Shown here: positions 1-8,965 of the stretch, in pieces
Position numbering within the stretch: the first letter of the stretch is position 1
Layout: the number at the start of each line of letters is the position of its first letter
Virus record (IMG/VR): IMGVR_UViG_3300042934_000594
Span: 62,001 to 126,000 of that record
Direction: 5' to 3' (one strand)
DNA length: 64,000 bases
The notes under the pieces: generated by a model
Seen by the model: only the letters and a program-made list of their open reading frames with translations
The model's database searches: none
What the model was told of the DNA's origin: nothing
Made by a program: the position numbers and the translations under genes

Positions 1-2
1 CT

Positions 3-398
3 CAGGAAAACGATCGTCTGGACTTGATGGACCTGACCAACGCGGTTCAGTTCCACAAGGTCACCCCGATCCCGGCGCAGTTGGCCTACATGGGCATCTT
101 CGACAATCGTCAGTCGGCCACGCAAGTGCCTGAACCGATCGTCACCGTGTCGCTGTACCAAGACCCGGACAAGAACATCGCCGTGGGTCAACCACACGTG
201 GCGTACGCCGGTCTGCCGCGCAACGAGATCACCTCCGAGCAGCTGCACTTCATCGTCAACACCGCGACCATGGAACAGATCACCACCGATCTGATCACCA
301 GTCAAACGGCGTTGAACCAGAAGCTTGGCGGTTACCGCAGTCGTAAGCCGGTGGTCTCGGTCGACGACAACATGGCGGCCGATGGCCTGGTGCTCTAA
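3..398 (+). CDS. phuZ: Phage tubulin PhuZ, C-terminal part (5'-truncated by window)
   Basis: Frame is open from the window edge (QENDRLDLMDLTNAVQFHKVT). EQLHFIVN segment and acidic C-terminal tail RKPVVSVDDNMAADGLVL resemble the PhuZ tail. Position matches phiKZ gp39. Confidence 0.85.
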   Translation, partial: QENDRLDLMDLTNAVQFHKVTPIPAQLAYMGIFDNRQSATQVPEPIVTVSLYQDPDKNIAVGQPHVAYAGLPRNEITSEQLHFIVNTATMEQITTDLITSQTALNQKLGGYRSRKPVVSVDDNMAADGLVL

Positions 399-410
399 CC
401 CTCCCAGCAG

Positions 411-436
411 CGGGGCTCTGAAAAGGGTCCCGTTTC
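411..436 (+). terminator. Hairpin after phuZ
   Basis: CGGGGCTCT-GAAA-AGGGTCCCG followed by TTTC. Confidence 0.5.
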
Positions 437-474
437 ACCCTTAGTTATGAGGGTAAGCACCGGGAGGACATGGC

Positions 475-987
475 ATGTCAAAGTCCGCTGTCAAACACCT
501 CGATCAGGCAGTGGCAACGGAGCTGGGCTTACAGAACAGTCCCTTCGCCATGACGTTCAAGCATGCACGACAACTTCACCGAGTGATCACAGGGTTTGTC
601 TTTGCGTTCGAGAAAGACGGCCTGGTGCATTTCGACGAAGTAGGGATTTGGGACTCCACGCAGGGACTCAGGCATAAGGTCACCCGTTTCATCTCTCACC
701 CTCGTATCGAACAACGGTTATCCAAAAGGCAGTACCAACGTTGGTACGTGCGAGATGAGAATGCTTTGTATCCCCTGCAAACAGCAAAGGTCGAGGACTT
801 GAAAGATAACTTCTACTTTGTCGTGGACGACAACCCCTGTCACCGTACGCAGATAGTCATGAACGAAGAGACACAGTTCATCCGTAAGAAACCGTTGCTG
901 GCAATGCGTAAACCTCACATCCCGTGGGGCGTACCCATGCCTGTCATCGTGGTCACCAAGCGTCAACGTATGGCCGTAGCAACATAG
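475..987 (+). CDS. Hypothetical protein (170 aa)
   Basis: ATG with GGAGG upstream; ends at a terminator-like hairpin. Confidence 0.75.
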   Translation: MSKSAVKHLDQAVATELGLQNSPFAMTFKHARQLHRVITGFVFAFEKDGLVHFDEVGIWDSTQGLRHKVTRFISHPRIEQRLSKRQYQRWYVRDENALYPLQTAKVEDLKDNFYFVVDDNPCHRTQIVMNEETQFIRKKPLLAMRKPHIPWGVPMPVIVVTKRQRMAVAT

Positions 988-1030
988 CGCCCTCCCGGTT
1001 GTGGGAGGGCGTTTATGTCGTCTTTTCTTT
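981..1030. terminator. Bidirectional hairpin with AACATA/TATGTCG flanks
   Basis: CGCCCTCCC-ggttgt-GGGAGGGCG then TTTATGTCG, between convergent genes. Confidence 0.75.
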
Positions 1031-1741
1031 TTAGTTCAATTGCTCAAGCACCGGTCGCCAACACACCATGATGTCGGTGTCCTTGTCCATCAGTTCAAAC
1101 CCGTCCACCCCACTGCGCACCAGTCCATTGGTACCCCCGTCGGTTTCACGCGTCCAGGCCAGTTTATCCAACCCCAGCTCAACCGCTGTCATGCTGGCAA
1201 ACTGACCGTTCTGCAAAGCACCGAAGAGGCGGTTCCATTCCGAACCACTGCCATCGGAGGCTCCTACGGGATTGTTCACTGAACCGCGCAGCAGTCGGAG
1301 CTTGTATTGGCGCCCATCGATCGTGGCCAGGGTATTGCCGGTACTGAGGTCTGCTTGCTCCAGTTGGTTGTAGGAGACGTCAGACATGATGGGCAGCTTT
1401 GGAGTGTAAACGTAGTTACCGTCTACCATGAACTTAAGCCACGGGGTTTCACCGTTGATGGGTACGCCGTCATCCAGACCCACCGATGTGCGGATCAAGT
1501 TCACGGTGGTGAAGTCTTCTTGCGAGACCTCACCGTACCAGGCCAGGGTATCGTCCCCAGCCAGGCGCGTAGCGTTTGCCGTCACGGCCCGAAAGCCTAG
1601 AACTTCAAACCCACCCACCGTCACACCGTCATGGAACCGTAAGGCTTTCTTTTCCAGGTCAATCGACAGCCGACCTTCAGGGAGCAGCAGGGCATCGTTT
1701 TGTGCGGTAGTGCCCCGCGTGACTTTAATGTTCAAGTTCAT
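1031..1741 (-). CDS. Virion/tail-associated protein: Mtd_N-like N-terminus plus phiKZ gp131-135-type C-terminal domain
   Basis: N-term RGTTAQND...EGRLSIDLEKKALRFHDGVTVGGF; C-term YGEV, WLKF, YKLRLLRG, GSEWNRL, WRPVLE. ATG at 1741 has a GGAG RBS. Confidence 0.75.
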   Translation of the reverse strand: MNLNIKVTRGTTAQNDALLLPEGRLSIDLEKKALRFHDGVTVGGFEVLGFRAVTANATRLAGDDTLAWYGEVSQEDFTTVNLIRTSVGLDDGVPINGETPWLKFMVDGNYVYTPKLPIMSDVSYNQLEQADLSTGNTLATIDGRQYKLRLLRGSVNNPVGASDGSGSEWNRLFGALQNGQFASMTAVELGLDKLAWTRETDGGTNGLVRSGVDGFELMDKDTDIMVCWRPVLEQLN

Positions 1742-1769
1742 TACAAACTCCAAGAGCTGCAACTTGCGT

Positions 1770-2525
1770 TTATTGTGGTACCAGTTCGAGTAAAGGCCGC
1801 CAGTTAAGGGTGGCTGAATTTACAGCCGCGCTGGTGAAGTACAAAGGTCCCGTGCCCCCGCGTAGCACGGCAGCACCACCTGCCGTGAGTTCCTGACAGA
1901 CGCTAGGAACCGTTAACCCCAGTTCGGCGTTACTGAAGTTCGCCCAGCGGCTGGCCTGCCCTAGGGAGGTGGTGATCGGGTTAAACAAACTGTTCCACTC
2001 ACTGCCCTTAGCTACAGAGGGGTCGTTGACATTACCCCCCAGCAGGTAGTTCAGCGCTTGAATAGGATCCTCGATAGCGCCTTTGATCAGACGCACCTTG
2101 TAAGCGATACCCTGGATCTGAATCACCGCATTGCCCACCACCAGCATCAAGCCCTTAAGCTGGTCTCGAGTCAGTCCGCTGCGGATAGGTTGTTTGGCCA
2201 TGAACACAATGCGACCTGCCAAGTTAAACTTGAGCCAGTTGGTCTGCTCATTGATCAACGTGCCCGCAGTCAATCCCACCTTAGCGCACAGGGCTGTGGC
2301 CGAGATCAATTGCTCATGCGGGACTTCTCCATAGTAACCGTACAGTTCAGTGCCGCCCAGCAGCGTGGGGTTGGGCCCGACCGCCCGTCTGATTTGAAGT
2401 TCAAATCCCCCTAAAGACATGCCATCGTAGATACGTAACGTCTTGTCATCCACATTAAAGGCCAGTTCGCCTGACTGGCCCATGTAGTCGTTACATTCTT
2501 TCCGTGACCCACGCTTGATACGCAT
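1770..2525 (-). CDS. Virion/tail-associated protein, tandem paralog of 1031..1741
   Basis: KRGS...GELAFNVDDKTLRIYDGMSLGGF; YYGEV, WLKF, YKVRLIKG, GSEWNSL, WRPLLE; GGAGG RBS. Confidence 0.78.
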   Translation of the reverse strand: MRIKRGSRKECNDYMGQSGELAFNVDDKTLRIYDGMSLGGFELQIRRAVGPNPTLLGGTELYGYYGEVPHEQLISATALCAKVGLTAGTLINEQTNWLKFNLAGRIVFMAKQPIRSGLTRDQLKGLMLVVGNAVIQIQGIAYKVRLIKGAIEDPIQALNYLLGGNVNDPSVAKGSEWNSLFNPITTSLGQASRWANFSNAELGLTVPSVCQELTAGGAAVLRGGTGPLYFTSAAVNSATLNWRPLLELVPQ

Positions 2526-2535
2526 ACAACCTCCG

Positions 2536-3333
2536 TTATTGGGCTCCAGTGATAGAACGCAAATGACGGCGACGAGCTTCAGGATCGTTAAAGATCGAGA
2601 TCTTCTTCCAGCGTTTCAACGCATCCTTATAAAGCTGCGCGCAATCTGCCCATTCTAGGACCGCGCCACTGAAGCTTCCCAACTGTTGACCACCGGACAG
2701 GAACGCCTGGTCCATGGGAATTCGCATGGTGTTGTAGATGTAGGCTTTGACTGCCAACACGCACAACGCCGCAAAATCTGGAATCGCTGTGTAGCGAATG
2801 GTGGACAATGCCTCGTCATTGCCTAGACGGCAACGCAAATAGGCCGCCGCATAGGGCAGGTACACAAAACGGGTCATGATCGTGTTGTGGGCGATCAGGT
2901 TGATGTACGAGGTCTGAGCAGGGGGCGTGCGCTTGGCAGCGTCCAACACCTTACGCGCTTCAGACCCCATGGACGATTCGGTGTAGTTCAGCGCTTGACC
3001 ACCAGCCTGGTAACCCACGATCCCGAAGTGAATCGAGTACGCCTGGGTAATTGGGCGGTTCTGGGTCATCTCGTCCGGAATCTGGTAGACCACCGTGTAG
3101 GGGTCGATGTACCGGGTCTGCACCGGCAGGTCCAAAGGAATGAAATCCTCGGTCATGCCGTACAGGTCGATGTCCACCAACACCCGCGGGTTGATCACCG
3201 CTTCCCGGATTCGGGTTTCCATGGAAATCAGCTCACCACAGGTGGCCATCTCCTGAGTTACGAACACTTGCTGGAGGATCTGGGGAGGAATTTCCCAGAT
3301 GATTTCATCCATGGCCTTACTGATGGGATTCAT
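2536..3333 (-). CDS. Conserved Chimalliviridae protein (phiKZ gp42-like)
   Basis: [16 protein letters not shown] start, [11 protein letters not shown] and GGQQLG motifs; synteny. Confidence 0.7.
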   Translation of the reverse strand: MNPISKAMDEIIWEIPPQILQQVFVTQEMATCGELISMETRIREAVINPRVLVDIDLYGMTEDFIPLDLPVQTRYIDPYTVVYQIPDEMTQNRPITQAYSIHFGIVGYQAGGQALNYTESSMGSEARKVLDAAKRTPPAQTSYINLIAHNTIMTRFVYLPYAAAYLRCRLGNDEALSTIRYTAIPDFAALCVLAVKAYIYNTMRIPMDQAFLSGGQQLGSFSGAVLEWADCAQLYKDALKRWKKISIFNDPEARRRHLRSITGAQ

Positions 3334-3431
3334 TGTAACGTCCTCTGAGGGCTCTACACGGCGTTTTAGCCGGAAGTTATACTAAGACACCGGATTATAT
3401 GCGAAACCCCTCCTGCGTGATCTTAAAGAGT

Positions 3432-3454
3432 TTTAAACCTAGATCATTCAGGTA
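3432..3454 (+). promoter_or_regulatory. Putative early (virion-RNAP) promoter, degenerate copy
   Basis: TTTAAAC-CTAGATCAT-TCAG-GTA matches the local consensus TT-N5-CTATATCAY-N4-GTG with 2 mismatches. Confidence 0.5.
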
Positions 3455-3479
3455 GAGTAAGCGAAATGAGTACAAAACC

Positions 3480-3830
3480 ATGATCCGTACCCGATACACC
3501 ACGACCTGCTGGGTGTTCGACATTGATCGGGCCATCCAGAGTCTGGGGGAGCCTCCTTTAGCCGATACCACGGAGCGGACGTACCGCGAATTCATTATCG
3601 ATGGTTTCGTTAAACATACCATCTCGCGTTTTGACTGGGTCAGTGTGCGCAATCACTACCCGGTGCACTTTAGCCACGAAGTGGTGCAGTGGTTTGAACA
3701 ACAGACCATTGCCATCCAAGAACTGTATCAAGCCGTGCGTTTTCGTCCCGAGGACGCAGGGTCTCAGGTTTTCATTCATCGCATGGCGTCAACAATCTGG
3801 GTGTTTGTCCCCCAATTGAGTTTGACCTAA
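3480..3830 (+). CDS. Hypothetical protein, member of small-domain array
   Basis: 116-aa ORF; N-term strand WVFDIDRA, C-term hairpin VFIHRMASTIWVFV. Confidence 0.7.
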   Translation: MIRTRYTTTCWVFDIDRAIQSLGEPPLADTTERTYREFIIDGFVKHTISRFDWVSVRNHYPVHFSHEVVQWFEQQTIAIQELYQAVRFRPEDAGSQVFIHRMASTIWVFVPQLSLT

Positions 3831-3844
3831 AAACGGAGCAGGCA

Positions 3845-4894
3845 ATGAGCAATTTATTTGTAGTGCTGGACGTACGTGGATTGGCACTACAGTTGGGCCG
3901 CATCAGTAAGGCCTTTGCCGATCACCACAACCAACACCCATTGAAGATTGCAGGACATTCTGAGGCGCGCATGGCCGCGCACATGAAGTACACCCCGCTG
4001 ATCCCGATGAGCGAAGCGGTGGCCACCCAGTACGTTAAGTACATGGTGCAAGACACGGTGGAATCCTCCGTGGCCTATAAAAAGGCTGAGGAGAAAACCC
4101 GTCGTCTGGCGGCACTGATGTTCAACATGCCGCTGGAAGCGGTGGACTTTGTGCACGAGCAATACGCACACGAGTTCAGTGAGTGTGAGGAAGTCACCCA
4201 GGTGTTCATGGAGCTGATCACCCAGGTCGGCAACCACATCGGGGAAAACGTGTGGGTGGAGTGGGACGTCTACGCCAACTACAACATGATCGCCCTGATC
4301 CGCGGCCGAGACTTCCGCATCACCGAATACGAGCGCCTGACCAACACCCGTCCGGACTATCACCACTTTGTGGAGATTGACCTGTCGAACATGGCGCACT
4401 ACATCAAGCAAATGATGCAGGATACTCTAGGCCCACAAGCCGGTCTGGTGAACCTGACTCCAATTCTGCAAGATGCATTCATGCGTCGGTACCCGCGCAT
4501 GGTGTTCGACACTGCCCTGCCGTCCAAGCTCAATGATGCAGCCTACGACTTTGGTGGCGAGAAGAGCATCAACTACGAGATCCTGGGGGCGTTGAACATC
4601 CACAACTACGAGGAGTTCTACGACCACTTCATCTCCACCGTGTTCGATTTCATGAACGTCACCAAGCTCACAGCGCGACTGGACCAGCGCACGCATTACA
4701 CCGCCAGCATCGGCAAGGACTGGGTGATTGCTATTGACCCAAGCCTTGAAGCTGAAGCCAAACCACCGTTGAGTGAACTTGAAGAACTGGCCCTGTCCTA
4801 CCTGGCGGGTGATCGCCTACCAGAGCGGGATCGTCAGCGTGCCGAAGCGTTCATCCAAGAACGCGACAGTCGCCTGTCCAGCAAAGGGCAATAA
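3845..4894 (+). CDS. Hypothetical protein, probably two copies of the array domain
   Basis: 349 aa, GGAG RBS; FVVLDVRGL at the N-term and FVEIDLSNM at mid-protein. Confidence 0.85.
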   Translation: MSNLFVVLDVRGLALQLGRISKAFADHHNQHPLKIAGHSEARMAAHMKYTPLIPMSEAVATQYVKYMVQDTVESSVAYKKAEEKTRRLAALMFNMPLEAVDFVHEQYAHEFSECEEVTQVFMELITQVGNHIGENVWVEWDVYANYNMIALIRGRDFRITEYERLTNTRPDYHHFVEIDLSNMAHYIKQMMQDTLGPQAGLVNLTPILQDAFMRRYPRMVFDTALPSKLNDAAYDFGGEKSINYEILGALNIHNYEEFYDHFISTVFDFMNVTKLTARLDQRTHYTASIGKDWVIAIDPSLEAEAKPPLSELEELALSYLAGDRLPERDRQRAEAFIQERDSRLSSKGQ

Positions 4895-4898
4895 ACAG

Positions 4899-4928
4899 AC
4901 CCCCTCCCTGCGGAGGGGGTTTATATCC
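4899..4928 (+). terminator. Hairpin terminator/attenuator
   Basis: ACCCCCTCC-CTGC-GGAGGGGGT then TTATATCC. Confidence 0.6.
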
Positions 4929-4942
4929 TCTAGGGCATCACC

Positions 4943-5389
4943 ATGTCACCACAACCCTACAGCGTTATGCAAAACCCCAGTCAAACTGTGGCCGTGATCA
5001 TGAAGCGCCGTGACCTGATCACGAACGAGTTTGAGCACCTGGAGTTGATGGCCCTCTACCAGGAACCGGAGCGTTACTTCGGTGTGATCGGCCGTCTGGC
5101 GTGCGCCGTGGCAGAACTGCACTTAAAAACCCCCGAGGCTGTCAACGACAAATTGACCTGGACGTTAATGCTCATGCTCAACTACGTCACCGACACGTTG
5201 AGTGACGGCATGGAGGTGGGCCGCAATACCCAGCGGCTGTTGGAAATTAACCGACGTCACGTAATAGAATGTGCTCGCAACATGGCGCGCCTTATGCCCA
5301 GTGGCGTTTGGTCAGATTTCCATTTCCAGCAAGCCAATACCGAATCGGTGATTTACACAGGTACCCTGCATGCAGTCGATTATCGCTAA
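4943..5389 (+). CDS. Hypothetical protein, array member
   Basis: 148 aa, overlaps the next gene. Confidence 0.7.
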   Translation: MSPQPYSVMQNPSQTVAVIMKRRDLITNEFEHLELMALYQEPERYFGVIGRLACAVAELHLKTPEAVNDKLTWTLMLMLNYVTDTLSDGMEVGRNTQRLLEINRRHVIECARNMARLMPSGVWSDFHFQQANTESVIYTGTLHAVDYR

Positions 5390-5765
5390 GCACTACACCC
5401 AGACCGGTGCAGTGATGGTCGTCCCGTTAGACGACCTATTCGGTCCCGAACACACCGCGTTCGAGATCGGTAAGAGAATAGGCTATGACCGCGGACACAT
5501 CACCAAGGTCATGGTGGGAATAGCGGATTCCATGTTAGGCAACGACCTGACCCCTGAACACGCCTGGAGTTATTGTCAGGTTCAACTGCACATCCCCAAG
5601 TCACCGCGTCAGTGGAAACACCACATGGTCAATGCGATCTATGACGCCGCCCGGAAGTTAGCCGGTTGGACACCCGACAACACCTTTGACCTGTTGTATT
5701 GTCGCACCACTCACCACTGCGTGTACGTTTACGCCCGTTTGAATCGAGAGGTTCCCAATGAATGA
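5370..5765 (+). CDS. Hypothetical protein, array member
   Basis: 131 aa; VMVVPLDDL / LLYCRTTHHCVYVYARL. Confidence 0.7.
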   Translation: MQSIIAKHYTQTGAVMVVPLDDLFGPEHTAFEIGKRIGYDRGHITKVMVGIADSMLGNDLTPEHAWSYCQVQLHIPKSPRQWKHHMVNAIYDAARKLAGWTPDNTFDLLYCRTTHHCVYVYARLNREVPNE

Positions 5766-6357
5766 CATGGACAATGCTGAACTCCCCAGCGAGCTCAAGC
5801 ATTATGAGGACATCCAAGACGATTTCCTGCCCATGATCAAGGGCATCGTCGATCGAGCCCGTGACGAGTACTACCGCGAGAAAGAAAAAGAGCCGTACCA
5901 GGCAGTGAACCTGTGGCCACCTGGGGCCGGCCGGTTCATGATGGTGTTCAAACTGGACGACCTGGGGGTGGACTACACCGACGTCAGCTTTCATTACCGC
6001 ATGGCGTTGGCTGAATCCTCTCGCGGGTATGCACAGCCTCAATCCGCGGTACGGGCTAAGGCTGAGACCTATGCCGAAGCGTACTTGATGCGCCTGGTGA
6101 CCAATGTGGTGCAGACCATCCTGGAACTGGAAGAGAACGACCCTGAGAATGCTTCGGACTACGTCTACATTGCTCGGGACATCATGCGCCCGTTGCAGGA
6201 GTACGAAGAGTTCGAGATGCTGATTGGGCGTGTGGCTGACATGGCCACCAGCGTGCGTTCACGGTTACCTGACGGCGTCACGTATGTGCACTACATCGGT
6301 AACTACCGGGAACGGTTGGCGTACATCTTTGCAGGGCAAACCCCGCTGGAGGAATGA
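5758..6357 (+). CDS. Hypothetical protein, array member
   Basis: 199 aa, GAGG RBS; MMVFKLDDL / VHYIGNYRERLAYIF. Confidence 0.78.
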   Translation: MNDMDNAELPSELKHYEDIQDDFLPMIKGIVDRARDEYYREKEKEPYQAVNLWPPGAGRFMMVFKLDDLGVDYTDVSFHYRMALAESSRGYAQPQSAVRAKAETYAEAYLMRLVTNVVQTILELEENDPENASDYVYIARDIMRPLQEYEEFEMLIGRVADMATSVRSRLPDGVTYVHYIGNYRERLAYIFAGQTPLEE

Positions 6358-6806
6358 TGCACCAGACTCACACGCTCACCCCCACCGTGGGGGTGCTCAC
6401 CGTGGACTTCGCCGCCTTAGGGTTTCACATCGAGGCCTTGGCCAACCGCCATTGGGAACTGATGAACCAAACGGTGCGTCAGACCAACCCCGAACAGGCG
6501 GTACCTGAGTTCATGTCGTTTGTGGTCAACTGTGCAACCCACTTTGACAACTACCGGCAGAACCCCAGTGTGGCTCAGGATTTCCTGACCACCGAACTGT
6601 TTGAGCTCTATGATGCGGACATAGACGCCACCACCCATATCCAACAGGTTCGGGAAGTGGTGACCAAGGTGTTGGCGATGATGCCCTCTACCTGCTATTG
6701 CAGTCGCCTGGTAGGGGTGCGTGGCAGCCTTGCGTTTATCTTTCTCGACCACGAGTCGGAGGCAACCCAGTATGCCCGCGAAACAGCCGCCCAATCCGGG
6801 GCTTAA
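6354..6806 (+). CDS. Hypothetical protein, array member
   Basis: 150 aa, ATGA overlap, GGAGG RBS; VLTVDFAAL / RLVGVRGSLAFIFLD. Confidence 0.75.
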   Translation: MMHQTHTLTPTVGVLTVDFAALGFHIEALANRHWELMNQTVRQTNPEQAVPEFMSFVVNCATHFDNYRQNPSVAQDFLTTELFELYDADIDATTHIQQVREVVTKVLAMMPSTCYCSRLVGVRGSLAFIFLDHESEATQYARETAAQSGA

Positions 6807-7248
6807 GATCCATCAGCGCCTGGAGGATGATTACACCGCCATCCTGGTGATTGACGTCCCTAAGTTGTCGCAGTGGTTTGAACAAGCCGAACCGATCTTC
6901 ATCGACCAGATCCAAACCGAACTGAACTCCACGCGCGGTAACAACTTGAACGCCAAGGATTCGTGGATTCATACGGCGATCATGGAGATCTACCAAATCG
7001 CCGAAGTGTTCATGGAACGGGAGTTATCCGGTGAATCGGTGGAGTTTGACGAGGTAGTGGGGGAGTATACCCGATTCTATCGCTCCCCTTACATGCAGCA
7101 TCCGGCTTTGAAACGCTGGCTGATGGATGCTGGGTACCAACTGTACCTGCTCTACCCCACCGGCACGATGCACACCCAGATAGTGATCTACCGCCATGGC
7201 TTGCTATACGTATACGTTGACACGCAAGACCCCTACAAACCTCTCTAG
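6772..7248 (+). CDS. Hypothetical protein, array member
   Basis: ATG 6772 with GGAGG upstream; ILVIDVPKL / QIVIYRHGLLYVYVD. Confidence 0.72.
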   Translation: MPAKQPPNPGLKIHQRLEDDYTAILVIDVPKLSQWFEQAEPIFIDQIQTELNSTRGNNLNAKDSWIHTAIMEIYQIAEVFMERELSGESVEFDEVVGEYTRFYRSPYMQHPALKRWLMDAGYQLYLLYPTGTMHTQIVIYRHGLLYVYVDTQDPYKPL

Positions 7249-7258
7249 AGCTCCCACA

Positions 7259-7744
7259 ATGATTGGCTTTATTGCGTTGCCTGCCCGATACCTGGTAGCG
7301 CAGTTAACTCATCACGACGACCCACGTCTGGTGAGTGCCTGCGTGAATGGGTTTTTCAGTGCGTGTGTGATTGCGGCTCGCTACAACCACAACGACATGC
7401 ATTGGGAACAGCTGTTTGATGAGCACACTCAGTCCTACTTCAACCTGGGTGCTGAGATGTTCGATGAGACCACCCAAGACTATTACCTTCAACATGTCGT
7501 CGCCAGCGGCCAGTTTAAGGTGGTGGACCACCACACCGGTCGTACAGACATACACAGCTGGTATGGCCGGTACAAAGAACTCGTGGATTCGTTGAATAAG
7601 TACTACAGACACGATGTTATAGCACTGATCCGCAAGGTCAACGAAACGGGCAGTGTAACGTCGCTACGCTACATCAACCACGACGCCTCCATTATCCACG
7701 TGGAGGTCAACTACAATTTACTGATCGGACACGAAGGAGGTTGA
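7259..7744 (+). CDS. Hypothetical protein, array member
   Basis: ATG 7259; FIALPARYL / LRYINHDASIIHVEV. Confidence 0.72.
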   Translation: MIGFIALPARYLVAQLTHHDDPRLVSACVNGFFSACVIAARYNHNDMHWEQLFDEHTQSYFNLGAEMFDETTQDYYLQHVVASGQFKVVDHHTGRTDIHSWYGRYKELVDSLNKYYRHDVIALIRKVNETGSVTSLRYINHDASIIHVEVNYNLLIGHEGG

Positions 7745-8208
7745 TGATGCGCATTGCAGTAATGGTGGATGTTGAGCGCATCCAACCGGGCCTTAAAAAG
7801 ATGTCCGACCTGATCACTGCTCACGGGGCCCGTCTGGGAATTCCGACTGAGGAGAATGATGATCTAGGGAATCTGATGGTGATGGGCGACATGGTGAACC
7901 ACCATTTGGCCACTTGCCTCACAGACAGGAACCCAACGGCCAACATTGGCATCGATGGGTACCTTCAAGATTACTACCCTCGCGTAGCACCGGCACTGCT
8001 TCAATCGCCGGAGGTGCTGAGTTTCATGGGTAGTCAATTTGCACAAGTGATCGGAGTGCTTGCCGAATCACTGCAACCTGCGGTGCACCGCCTGGGCGAA
8101 GTTGACCAGTGCGTAGATGAAATCGTGGCCTATGGTGTCAAACCTGGAGAGCTTGCGCTCTACATGGTAGACGGGGAACCATGGGACACAGGCACCGTAG
8201 AGTGTTGA
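7741..8208 (+). CDS. Hypothetical protein, array member
   Basis: AAGGAGG RBS (start 7741, 7744 or 7747); IAVMVDVERI / IVAYGVKPGELALYMV. Confidence 0.75.
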   Translation: MMMRIAVMVDVERIQPGLKKMSDLITAHGARLGIPTEENDDLGNLMVMGDMVNHHLATCLTDRNPTANIGIDGYLQDYYPRVAPALLQSPEVLSFMGSQFAQVIGVLAESLQPAVHRLGEVDQCVDEIVAYGVKPGELALYMVDGEPWDTGTVEC

Positions 8209-8211
8209 CTA

Positions 8212-8242
8212 AGCCCGCGCCCTTGGTGCGGGCTCTATGTCC
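8212..8242 (+). terminator. Hairpin with TATGTCC tail
   Basis: AGCCCGCGC-CCTTG-GTGCGGGCT then CTATGTCC. Confidence 0.6.
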
Positions 8243-8590
8243 AAAAGCACACAGTGGGTTTCGCTAAAGCGCGATTGGCGAACCCCACCGGTACGATACG
8301 GGGGATACGCTAACACGTCCTGAACCCACCTCACTTAGCAATCGCCCGCCATGGATCTGCACGGAACTGTACAACTTCCATTTATGAACATCCGCGAACC
8401 CTCTGCGAGTAGGGATGACTTCAAGGTTGTTGTGCAGGGCGCACGTAGTGCCATGAGTGCCAAAAGTGTGACTTATCTATTAGTCTTCGATGACGTTTAT
8501 CGAGTGCCTTATCAGGGAACAGGTCGTCAACCGTTCTCTCCGACGATGGATCACACACGGCGGGTAGTAACTGTGGTTTAGGAGTACAAC

Positions 8591-8965
8591 GTGAAAAGCA
8601 AAGCCGTCGTTATCGTATCGGAAGAGCTGAAACATCAGGTTATCGAGCATATTCGCCTGCATTATGGTGATGTCGTAATGGACCTGGAACACCGTCAGAA
8701 GATCCAGCGTGAGTTGTCTGCCATGTACACAGCAATGTGGCACGGAGAGTACTTGGAAACAGCTGGCACAGATGACGCTATAGAAGACGAAGACGATGAT
8801 GAACTTAAACCGTTCTTTGCCGTACTTCGCGCACTTGACCTGGAGCTGATGGAACACCATGCGAATAACTTGGTAAACCTCATCATCCCAATGGACCTCA
8901 AAGGTACGGTGATGATGATCATAACCGAACTTGACGAGAATGAAACACATGACCACGATCAATGA
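8591..8965 (+). CDS. Hypothetical protein, probable array member
   Basis: GTG with AGGAG RBS; AVVIVSEEL / LIIPMDLKGTVMMII. Confidence 0.75.
   Translation: MKSKAVVIVSEELKHQVIEHIRLHYGDVVMDLEHRQKIQRELSAMYTAMWHGEYLETAGTDDAIEDEDDDELKPFFAVLRALDLELMEHHANNLVNLIIPMDLKGTVMMIITELDENETHDHDQ

Noticed and set aside
1031-2525. Diversity-generating retroelement suggested by the Mtd-like proteins
   Set aside because: No reverse transcriptase and no near-identical template/variable repeat pair is visible in the window.
8351-8581. 76-aa ORF in the array gap
   Set aside because: No RBS and no array-domain pattern; left unannotated.
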